From positions 1-21,576 of the forward strand of contig JBNJGY010000036.1 in assembly GCA_051748045.1 (NCBI GenBank): a DNA stretch of 21,576 nucleotides, read 5' to 3'. Position 1 is the first letter of the stretch, and every line of letters begins with the position of its first letter. Made by a program: the position numbers and the translations under genes. Source of the DNA: Thermotogota bacterium (GTDB taxonomy: Bacteria; Thermotogota; Thermotogae; Petrotogales; Petrotogaceae). The notes beneath the pieces were generated by a model, which saw nothing but the letters and a program-made list of their open reading frames with translations, was not told the origin of the DNA and did no database searches. Shown one piece after another: positions 9,179 through 16,979 of the stretch.

Positions 9179-9841
9179 ATGGATTCTATACATCATTTAG
9201 AGAATGAAATGTTGATATTGAAAGCAGATATATCTAAGTTATTATCTTTAGTACTCGAATCATTTGAGATGTCAATAAAGTCTTTAGAAGACTCTAGTGT
9301 TGAACTTGCAAATAGGGTTTTGGATTTAGATGATAAAATTGACGATATAAATAGAAAAATAGAAGATTCAGTTTATCAAATAATTGCAAGATATAATCCT
9401 CTTGCAAGAGAATTAAGATATTCTATGACTATGATTAAATTTTCCAACAATCTTGAAAGAATTGGAGATTTATCTTGTAATATTGCAAAAAAATCAAAAA
9501 ATTATACAGATAAAAATTTAAAGTCTATAATGAACAAAGATATTAAAAATATGTTTGGTATAGCTTTACAAATGATGAAAGATGCCTTTAAAGCATTTGG
9601 TGAAAAAGATATAAATTTAGCAGTAAAAACATGGAAAACTGATAATGAAATAGATAGAATTGAAAATGAAATCAGAGAAGATGCAATAAAAAAAATTGAG
9701 CAAAAAGATTTTGACAAAGATTTAATAGTACCATATATACTTATAGCAAGAGATATAGAAAGAATAGCTGATCATGCGACTAATCTTTGTGAAGAAACTG
9801 TATACATTGAAACATCAAAAGAAATTGATGAATTTTTATGA
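9179..9841 (+). CDS. phoU: Phosphate signalling complex protein PhoU
   Basis: Two PhoU repeats: P.A.ELR...LERIGDL..NIA and D.EID...IERIADHATNLCE. Confidence 0.96.
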   Translation: MDSIHHLENEMLILKADISKLLSLVLESFEMSIKSLEDSSVELANRVLDLDDKIDDINRKIEDSVYQIIARYNPLARELRYSMTMIKFSNNLERIGDLSCNIAKKSKNYTDKNLKSIMNKDIKNMFGIALQMMKDAFKAFGEKDINLAVKTWKTDNEIDRIENEIREDAIKKIEQKDFDKDLIVPYILIARDIERIADHATNLCEETVYIETSKEIDEFL

Positions 9842-9869
9842 TTAATTGTCAGTATAGGAGGCTATAATT

Positions 9870-10553
9870 ATGCCCACAATATTAATTGTAGAAGATGATC
9901 CTGATATAAGAGATATTCTTAAGACATATTTGGAAATTGAAAAATATCATATTTTAGAAGCTGAATCTTTACAGCAAATGAGAAATATTTTAAATCAAGA
10001 AAAATCAATAGATATAATGCTTCTTGATATAATGTTACCTGACGGAGATTCTGTAGATGAATTACCTCGAATAAGAATGATGAATCGGGAAATGGGAATA
10101 ATTATAATATCTGCGAAAAACACAGATAGAGATAAAATATGGGGAATAGAATCCGGTTCAGATGATTACATCACTAAACCATTCAATCCAAAAGAAGTTG
10201 TTGTAAGAGTTAGAGCATTATTAAAAAGACTTAAAAATGATAATGAAATAATAAAATATGGAGATTTAGAAATATACCCAAATAATTACTCTGTAAAATA
10301 TAAAGATAAAATAATAGATTTCACTTCTAAAGAATTTGAAATATTATATTTATTAGCTAGAAAAACTGAAAGGATTTATACAAGAGATGATATAATTTCA
10401 AAAATATGGTTTGATGATAATTTCATTACAGATAGAGTTATAGATGTTCATGTTTCTATGATTAGATCTAAGATAGGTAAAAATTGGATAAAAACTATAC
10501 GAGGTGTTGGATACAAATTTAATCCTGATGCAGATTTATTAAATAAAGGATGA
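9870..10553 (+). CDS. phoB: OmpR/PhoB-family response regulator, probable PhoB/PhoP
   Basis: Receiver domain (IVEDD, LLDIMLP, ISA, DDYITKPF) plus winged helix (T.KEFEIL, DRVIDVHV..IR.KI, IKTIRGVGY); PhoB identity is inferred from the pst-phoU context. Confidence 0.85.
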   Translation: MPTILIVEDDPDIRDILKTYLEIEKYHILEAESLQQMRNILNQEKSIDIMLLDIMLPDGDSVDELPRIRMMNREMGIIIISAKNTDRDKIWGIESGSDDYITKPFNPKEVVVRVRALLKRLKNDNEIIKYGDLEIYPNNYSVKYKDKIIDFTSKEFEILYLLARKTERIYTRDDIISKIWFDDNFITDRVIDVHVSMIRSKIGKNWIKTIRGVGYKFNPDADLLNKG

Positions 10554-10557
10554 TTAT

Positions 10558-11520
10558 ATGACTAATGATTTGTTTAGAATTTTTGATACTGTAAAAGATG
10601 CAATTGTATATCTAGAAGGAACAAAAATAAAAAAATCCAATTTACAAGCTAAAAAATGGGGTTTTGAAGTTGAAAAAGATTTATTGAACATTTTAACTTA
10701 TGAAGATATAGATACATTAGTAAAAAAAATATTAAAGAATAAAGATTATTCTATTAAAACAAATATATATTTTCTTTCTGGAAATTCTAAATATTGCAAA
10801 ATAGATTACAAAGCTGATCAAAATATTCTTATAATCGAAGATAGAACTGAAATACAATTATTAAATAAAGTAAAATCAGATTTCATCTCTTCATTATCAC
10901 ATGAACTACGAACTCCTTTATCAGTAGCTAAAGGAAATACTCACATTTTAAATGATTTTTTAGAAGATGAAAAGTTCAAAGTATACGTTTCAAAGATATC
11001 AAATTCAATTGAAAAAATTGAAAATATAATTTCTCAGCTTACAATGTTATCTATGGCTCAATTAGGAAATTATATAATTAAACCAGAAATATTGGATCCT
11101 GAAAAATTATTATATGAGGTATTAAATGATTTAAATTTAAAGATAAAAAACAAAAAAGTAGATATAACTATACAATGCGACGCAGAATACTTAAATGGAG
11201 ACAAATTTATAATATATACAATTTTACGAAATTTAATTTCAAACGCTGTTAAATATTCATATGAAAAATCAGAAATTAAAGTAATAATTGATGAACATCA
11301 AATGATAGTTGAAGATTCTGGTATAGGGATTAGAGAAGAAGAAAAAAATAGAATTTTTGAAAGATTTTTTAGAGGTAATGAATCACCAAAATATGCAAAA
11401 GGATCAGGATTGGGACTATCAGTAGTCAAATATTTTTGTGAAATAGCAAATTATAAAATAAATTACGAATCGAAATGGATGATTGGAAGCAAATTTATAG
11501 TAAAATTGAAGCAGAGTTGA
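10558..11520 (+). CDS. phoR: Sensor histidine kinase, probable PhoR, with no evident transmembrane helix
   Basis: H-box FISSLSHELRTPL, N-box NLISNAVKY, G1 VEDSGIGI, F-box IFERFFR, G2 GSGLGLS; follows phoB. Confidence 0.85.
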   Translation: MTNDLFRIFDTVKDAIVYLEGTKIKKSNLQAKKWGFEVEKDLLNILTYEDIDTLVKKILKNKDYSIKTNIYFLSGNSKYCKIDYKADQNILIIEDRTEIQLLNKVKSDFISSLSHELRTPLSVAKGNTHILNDFLEDEKFKVYVSKISNSIEKIENIISQLTMLSMAQLGNYIIKPEILDPEKLLYEVLNDLNLKIKNKKVDITIQCDAEYLNGDKFIIYTILRNLISNAVKYSYEKSEIKVIIDEHQMIVEDSGIGIREEEKNRIFERFFRGNESPKYAKGSGLGLSVVKYFCEIANYKINYESKWMIGSKFIVKLKQS

Positions 11521-11539
11521 TCTGCTTCTTTTTTTTTTT
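11508..11539 (+). terminator. Intrinsic terminator of the pst-pho operon
   Basis: Stem GAAGCAGA / TCTGCTTC with loop GTTGA (contains the phoR stop), followed by an 11-T run. Confidence 0.9.
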
Positions 11540-11552
11540 AGAATATAACTTA

Positions 11553-11580
11553 TTGAAAAAATATTTTAATATGATAAAAT
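11553..11580 (+). promoter_or_regulatory. Sigma70-type promoter for galM
   Basis: TTGAAA (11553-11558), 16-nt spacer, extended -10 TGaTAAAAT (11572-11580). Confidence 0.6.
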
Positions 11581-11598
11581 ATAGTCGTTCAAGTATTG
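11581..11598 (+). repeat. 18-bp direct repeat, copy 1 (ATAGTCGTTCAAGTATTG)
   Basis: Identical to 12605-12622; lies between the -10 element and the galM RBS. Confidence 0.95.
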
Positions 11599-11615
11599 AA
11601 TAAGGAGTTGGTATT

Positions 11616-12608
11616 ATGAAAACATTATTTGGTAGAGTAAATAATAAGGATATTTTTGTTTTTGAATTAAAGAATGAATTCTTGAAAGTCGAAATATTAA
11701 ATTATGGAGCAATTATTAAAAGTATTATTTTTAATAAAAAAAATATAGTGTTAGGATTCAACAATTTGGAAAGTTATATAAATGATTATTTATATACAGG
11801 ATGTTTTATTGGAAGAAATGCGGGTAGAATTAAAAATTCTTCATTTAACTTGAATGGTAAAATTTATAAATTGGATAAAAATGATAAAACTAATAATTTA
11901 CATAGTGGAAGTAATTGTTTTAATAAATATATTTTTGATTATAAGGAAATATCAAATAAAAAGTTAGAACTATCTTTAAAAATTAATAATATGGAGGATT
12001 TATTTCCAGGCAATTTAAATGTCTTTATAACTTATGAATTGATTAATAATTATTTAAAAATAAATATAAAAGGAATCTCTGATAAAGATACAATTTTTAA
12101 TCCAACTTATCATAATTATTTCAATTTAAATGGAAATATCAATGAAAACATTTTAAATCATAAACTTCAAATAAATTCTGATTTCTTGATGGACATAGAT
12201 AAATTTTCTATACCTACAGGTAAAATAAGTAAAATAAATAATACTTTCAATTTTAAAACATTTAAAAATATATCAAAAAATATCAACGATGAAATATTAA
12301 AAAATCAAAAAGGATTTGATCATCCATATATACTTAGAAATTCGAAAGAAAATGTGGTTTTGACCTCTGAAAATAGCAAAATTAAAATGTCTTTAAAAAC
12401 AGATTTACCATCTTTAATATTTTATTCTGGTAACTTTATACCTGAAAAATATTATAACAACTTTTCAGTAGAAAGATGTGGTCTATGCTTAGAACCTCAA
12501 TATTATCCTGATTTTATTAATAATTCTTTTGATAATTATATATTAAAGAAAGAAAAACTATACAACCACAATATTTCTTACAAATTTGATTTAAATGATA
12601 ATAAATAG
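11616..12608 (+). CDS. galM: Aldose 1-epimerase (galactose mutarotase)
   Basis: NYGA, IVLGF, IGRNAGRI, NNLHSG, FPGNL, NPTYHNYFNL, GFDHPY, GLCLEPQ.YPD; catalytic His and Glu present; AAGGAG SD. Confidence 0.93.
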   Translation: MKTLFGRVNNKDIFVFELKNEFLKVEILNYGAIIKSIIFNKKNIVLGFNNLESYINDYLYTGCFIGRNAGRIKNSSFNLNGKIYKLDKNDKTNNLHSGSNCFNKYIFDYKEISNKKLELSLKINNMEDLFPGNLNVFITYELINNYLKINIKGISDKDTIFNPTYHNYFNLNGNINENILNHKLQINSDFLMDIDKFSIPTGKISKINNTFNFKTFKNISKNINDEILKNQKGFDHPYILRNSKENVVLTSENSKIKMSLKTDLPSLIFYSGNFIPEKYYNNFSVERCGLCLEPQYYPDFINNSFDNYILKKEKLYNHNISYKFDLNDNK

Positions 12609-12622
12609 TCGTTCAAGTATTG
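12605..12622 (+). repeat. 18-bp direct repeat, copy 2 (ATAGTCGTTCAAGTATTG)
   Basis: Identical to 11581-11598; contains the galM TAG stop (12606-12608). Confidence 0.95.
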
Positions 12623-12634
12623 TTATTATTTACT

Positions 12635-12663
12635 TTGCTATATGAATTATATTATGATATAAT
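12635..12663 (+). promoter_or_regulatory. Sigma70-type promoter for the DMT transporter gene
   Basis: TTGCTA (12635-12640), 17-nt spacer, extended -10 TGaTATAAT (12655-12663). Confidence 0.65.
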
Positions 12664-12693
12664 TTTATGAAAACTATTTTTTGGAGGTATTAT

Positions 12694-13620
12694 ATGGATT
12701 TAAATATTGATAGGATTAAAGTTATATCTGCTGGATTAGGAATGTCCTTCATTTTTGGATTATCATTTCTCTTTACAAAAAATGCTTTAGATTTTGTTTC
12801 ACCTATAGAATTTTTATCTTTTAGATTTTTAGTTAGTTCAGTTTCTATGTTTTTGCTCTTAATTTTTGGAATAATTAAAATTAGAAAAAAACCATATTAC
12901 AAACTTTTACCCTTAATAATATTTCAACCTGGTTTATATTTTATTTTTGAGAATTATGGAGTCAGATTAATTCCAGTTTCTGAATCAGGTATCATTATTT
13001 CCACTATTCCAATATTTGTTGCTCTTTTATCTCATTTTATTTTAAAAGAAAAAACCCTAAAAATTCAATATGTTTTTATATTTTTATCTTTAACTGGTGT
13101 TTTTTTAATTATGGGTGTAAATTCTTTAAAAGGAAATTTTTTAGGTGATTTTTTAATGTTTTTAGCAGTTATTTGTGCTTCATTATTTAATATTCAATCT
13201 AGACATTTATCAGTAAATTTTAAACCTTCAGAAATAACCTTTTTTATGATGATTAGTGGGGCTATTATTTTTAACTTTATTTATTTAGTTAGCTTTGAAA
13301 TAAACTACTCAAATTTTTTAATTCCTGAAGTATTAACTTCAGCATTATATTTAGGAATTTTATCCTCAACTGTTACTTTCTTTTTAATTAATTATATGTT
13401 ATCTAAAGTAACTGCTGTAGAATCTTCTATATTTGCAAATTTAACAACTGTTATAACAGTTCTCGCAGGTTTTTTCTTTAGAGGAGAAGAACTATATTGG
13501 TATTATATTGTAGGAATGATTTTAATTATAATGGGAGTATGGGGAGTTAATTACTTTGGAGCTAAATACAAGAAGAAAATACAAAATGAAAAATTAAAAT
13601 CAAATATGACTATAAGATAA
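12694..13620 (+). CDS. DMT/EamA-family transporter
   Basis: About 10 hydrophobic helices in two EamA repeats (IFGLSFLFTK.AL, FRF, FQPGLYFIFE.YG, ILKE; YLGILSS, N.LT.V, FRGE); ATG 12694 follows GGAGGT SD, so it is preferred over 12667. Confidence 0.9.
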   Translation: MDLNIDRIKVISAGLGMSFIFGLSFLFTKNALDFVSPIEFLSFRFLVSSVSMFLLLIFGIIKIRKKPYYKLLPLIIFQPGLYFIFENYGVRLIPVSESGIIISTIPIFVALLSHFILKEKTLKIQYVFIFLSLTGVFLIMGVNSLKGNFLGDFLMFLAVICASLFNIQSRHLSVNFKPSEITFFMMISGAIIFNFIYLVSFEINYSNFLIPEVLTSALYLGILSSTVTFFLINYMLSKVTAVESSIFANLTTVITVLAGFFFRGEELYWYYIVGMILIIMGVWGVNYFGAKYKKKIQNEKLKSNMTIR

Positions 13621-13653
13621 TAAAATGGGAGCTTAACGCTCCCATTTTATTAT
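13617..13653. terminator. Bidirectional terminator between the DMT gene and trkH
   Basis: 16-bp perfect stem ATAATAAAATGGGAGC / GCTCCCATTTTATTAT with a 5-nt loop; overlaps both stop codons. Confidence 0.85.
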
Positions 13654-15189
13654 ATCTTTCATATCTTTAAAAAGTTTCATTACTGCGTAAATAATAGCAT
13701 AAAATTCTAATCTTCCTAAATACATTCCAAATATTTCTATCCATAATACTCCTAAAGGAGCTTCGGGACCTGTAATACCAACAGATAATCCGACTGCTGA
13801 TAAAGCGGAAGCATATTCAAACAAAGAGTCTTGAAGGTCATATCCATGTGAAACAAAAACAAAAACACCTATAAAGTATACTATAAAATATAATGTAAAA
13901 ATTGATAATATATTTTTTAATGTTTCTAATCCAACCTCTTTTTTAGAGACTCCTTTATAAACTTCAAAATGAAATTTAACTCCTTGAGGTTTAAAATATG
14001 ATTGTATTTCAATAATAATCATTTTTAAAGCAACATATACTCTATATAATTTTAAACCCCCAGAGGTTGAATCCATCATACCACCAAGAATCATTAAAAT
14101 TGTTAAGAAGAATACCCCAAACGCATTCCAATTAACTAGAGTAGTAGAAGCAAATCCTGTTCCAGTTAAAGAAGATATAACTTGAAATGCAGAATGTCTC
14201 AACGATTCCCATCCATCAAAGATTTGAACTGTTGAAAATATTGTAACGAAAACAAAAGCTACTATAAGAATATAGAACATAGTTTTAGGTTCTGGATTTT
14301 TAAAAAAAGGCTCTCTTTTAATTCTATCTTTAAATTCAAGATGATCTATGGTTTTATTTTTTAAATCTGTTAGTGTTCTAAAACTATTCTTTATTAATAA
14401 TATTCCTGCATAATGAACACCAAATCCTGTACCTCCCATAATCATTAAAACCATTATAATTAATTCAAGAGAAACATTATCAAATCCACCAACACTAGCA
14501 TTATTAGTTGAAAATCCACCAGTCGCTAAAGCAGTAAATGTATGATTTAGAGAATCAAAAAAGTTCAAATCAGTTAAGAAATAAATTGCTAAAATACCTG
14601 CAATAGCCCAAGAAATATATATTGTCCCTATTAATTTAGTTGAATCTTTCAAATTTGGAACTAAATTATCTGTTCTACCTTCAGCCTGGTACAAACCAGC
14701 ACCCATTGCACCAGCAGTAACAACCATTATTAAAGCGAACCCAGCTCCACCAATATATTGAATAATTGATCGCCACAAAAGTATAATTTTTGGTAAGGAT
14801 TCAACATCTAAAAACATAGAAAGACCTGTTGTAGTCCAACCAGAAGTTGATTCAAAAATAGCTTGGGTAAAATTTAATAATCCCGAAAACATAAATGGCA
14901 AAGAAGAAATAAATATAGATAAAGTCCAAACTAAAAAAATTATCATAACAGCATCTTGTATATTTAAAAAATCATATTTATCTTTTCTTGTAATTATTTT
15001 CATTGTAATGCTTATACCAAACCCTATAATAGATGTAGAAAAAAAAGGTAAAAACATACTAAACTCTTTCATCAATAATGTTAATAAACTCATAGATAAT
15101 ATTAGAATAGATAAAGCTAGTAAAACATCTCCTGTAGCTCTAAAAATACTTTTATATCTAGATTTTAAAAAAAATAAATAATTAGGCAT
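13633..15189 (-). CDS. trkH: Trk potassium uptake membrane protein
   Basis: Four pore-loop motifs (FESTSGWTTTG, ALATGGFS, SSLTGTGF, SALSAVGLS), LLWRS..Q.IGG.G, STSGGLK, MYLGRLE. Confidence 0.94.
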   Translation of the reverse strand: MPNYLFFLKSRYKSIFRATGDVLLALSILILSMSLLTLLMKEFSMFLPFFSTSIIGFGISITMKIITRKDKYDFLNIQDAVMIIFLVWTLSIFISSLPFMFSGLLNFTQAIFESTSGWTTTGLSMFLDVESLPKIILLWRSIIQYIGGAGFALIMVVTAGAMGAGLYQAEGRTDNLVPNLKDSTKLIGTIYISWAIAGILAIYFLTDLNFFDSLNHTFTALATGGFSTNNASVGGFDNVSLELIIMVLMIMGGTGFGVHYAGILLIKNSFRTLTDLKNKTIDHLEFKDRIKREPFFKNPEPKTMFYILIVAFVFVTIFSTVQIFDGWESLRHSAFQVISSLTGTGFASTTLVNWNAFGVFFLTILMILGGMMDSTSGGLKLYRVYVALKMIIIEIQSYFKPQGVKFHFEVYKGVSKKEVGLETLKNILSIFTLYFIVYFIGVFVFVSHGYDLQDSLFEYASALSAVGLSVGITGPEAPLGVLWIEIFGMYLGRLEFYAIIYAVMKLFKDMKDIIKWER

Positions 15190-15200
15190 TGAATCAGCTC

Positions 15201-15878
15201 CTACTTTAAAGCTTCTTTTGTAGCTTGGACTTCTTCTTTTAGTGAGAAAATAATCAATTTATCTTCATGTTTTATCTCACTATTTCCTTGTGGAACGAAT
15301 ATAGTTCCATCTGATTTTATTTGAACTCCAATTATCGTATTTTTTGGTAATTGTATATCTTTCAATTTTTTATTACAAGATTTATCTCCCTCATAAATTG
15401 GTAATTCTAGTATAGATAATTTATCAACATAAGGATTAAAAAAATCTGTTAAATCTTCATAATTTAAAGAAGCCTCAATTAATTTTTCCATCCATGAAAT
15501 AGGAGTTAAAGTACTAACATTAATACTTTTAAACATAAATTCATTTTCAGGAAAATTAACCAATGCCATAATTCTAACATCTTCATAAAATTGTCTTAAT
15601 AGCCACGTTATTACAAAGTTCAAAGCGTCATCTTCGGAAATAACTATCACAGCGCCTACTTTTTTTGACATATCCAGATTTTTTATCCAGTTTATATCAG
15701 TTGGGTCATTTTGAATTAATTCAAGTGATTTGTGATAAGCTTTTAATCCATCGAGAATTTTTATATTTTTTTCATCATTGGAAATATAAAATACTTCATT
15801 TCCTAATAATAATAATTTTTTAGTCAAAGAAAATGCCAAATTTTTACCTTCAAATATATAAAATAATTTCCTAGACAT
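15201..15878 (-). CDS. TrkA/KtrA-family regulatory subunit (RCK_N with degenerate nucleotide-binding loop, plus RCK_C)
   Basis: DPT, EDDALN, C-terminal KKLKDIQLP..TII, VPQG.SEI...DKLII (TrkA_C); FEGKNLA replaces GxGxxG; 1-nt TAATG overlap with the upstream gene. Confidence 0.8.
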   Translation of the reverse strand: MSRKLFYIFEGKNLAFSLTKKLLLLGNEVFYISNDEKNIKILDGLKAYHKSLELIQNDPTDINWIKNLDMSKKVGAVIVISEDDALNFVITWLLRQFYEDVRIMALVNFPENEFMFKSINVSTLTPISWMEKLIEASLNYEDLTDFFNPYVDKLSILELPIYEGDKSCNKKLKDIQLPKNTIIGVQIKSDGTIFVPQGNSEIKHEDKLIIFSLKEEVQATKEALK

Positions 15879-16318
15879 TATTTACCATTCCCTTCAAAAT
15901 TTTCAAATTCTTCAACTAAATCATTAACAGAGTTTTCTATGGGACAAAAAAGGCTTACTCCAGCTTTTTTAAATATATCTTTTTTAACTGGATCATTAAC
16001 TCTAGCTATTAGTTTAATTTCATATTTCATCATCTTTATTCCATAGGCTAGCATGAAATTAAGATTATCATCTGGAGTAACTATATATACTAAATCAGCT
16101 TTATCTAATTTCATTTTATTTAAAGCCTCTATATCTGTTGTATCAATAGTATGAGTAAAACCGGTGAAATTTCTATTACTTAATCTATAGAAAGATTCTT
16201 CGTTTTTATCTATAACAACTACATTATGAGTTTTTGAAAATTTAAGAGCCAATTCTGACCCTAATCTTCCACATCCAATAATGACTATGAATTTTATATT
16301 TTTAGTTTTAGAAAACAT
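15878..16318 (-). CDS. trkA: TrkA-N (RCK_N only) potassium transporter regulatory subunit
   Basis: IVIIGCGRLG, VVVIDK, T.DDNLN, IARVNDP; ATG 16318 follows AGGAG at 7 nt and is preferred over TTG 16336. Confidence 0.88.
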   Translation of the reverse strand: MFSKTKNIKFIVIIGCGRLGSELALKFSKTHNVVVIDKNEESFYRLSNRNFTGFTHTIDTTDIEALNKMKLDKADLVYIVTPDDNLNFMLAYGIKMMKYEIKLIARVNDPVKKDIFKKAGVSLFCPIENSVNDLVEEFENFEGNGK

Positions 16319-16332
16319 TTTGATTCTCCTCT

Positions 16333-16959
16333 TCAATCTTCACTTTCCAACTCATTAGCAGCATTATAATGTTTTTTAGCTAAAATCTTTTTTTCTGTTC
16401 TGTTATACAAATCTGCTAATAAATAATGACCAATTGGATTTGAAGGAAACTCCCATAATAAATTTAAAATTTGATTTTTCACTTTATAATAATCTATTTT
16501 TTTATTAATATTTAAATTTATAATTTTATTTTTTAAATCTTCAATTCTTTTCTCATAATAATAACCTTTAAACAAAGAATTATACATTATTTTTTCAAAC
16601 TCTTCATTAGTTACAGGCTTTTCAATCCAATCATCAGCACCAAACTTCAAACAACTTTTTAGTCTTTGTATTGTTATATTATTACTTATTATATAAAGAT
16701 GTGTATTTCTAAGTAATAATTTTATTTTCTCTAATTTATTTGTTATATCAGAACCTTTTATTTCTATTTCTGATAATATTAGAGAATATTTTTCTTTTTC
16801 GTTAATATCAAATTCTTCAATAAATTTATTTATACTTTCGGAATCATTTAAAACTTTTATATAAATTTGATCTTTACTATTATTCTGAACCATTCTTTTG
16901 TACAATCTTATTATTGATTCATCTTCTTCTATTATCAATACTCTATTTTGTTTTATCAT
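16333..16959 (-). CDS. Atypical response regulator: aspartate-less receiver domain plus C-terminal TPR-like helices
   Basis: VLIIEED, SLILSEIEI (Glu at the phosphoacceptor position), IIS, GADDWIEKPV; C-terminal FPSNPIGHYLLADLY...AKKHY.AA.EL resembles a TPR; GGAGGT SD. Confidence 0.75.
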   Translation of the reverse strand: MIKQNRVLIIEEDESIIRLYKRMVQNNSKDQIYIKVLNDSESINKFIEEFDINEKEKYSLILSEIEIKGSDITNKLEKIKLLLRNTHLYIISNNITIQRLKSCLKFGADDWIEKPVTNEEFEKIMYNSLFKGYYYEKRIEDLKNKIINLNINKKIDYYKVKNQILNLLWEFPSNPIGHYLLADLYNRTEKKILAKKHYNAANELESED

Positions 16960-16979
16960 AAAAAATTACCTCCAGAGAA

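Noticed and set aside
11529..11539. 11-T homopolymer as a phase-variation tract
   Set aside because: Fully explained as the U-tail of the phoR terminator.
11581..12622. Reading the galM repeats as an integron cassette, CRISPR or IS target-site duplication
   Set aside because: No GTTRRRY/RYYYAAC attC hairpin, only two copies 1 kb apart, no terminal inverted repeats, and no integrase, transposase or cas gene in the window.
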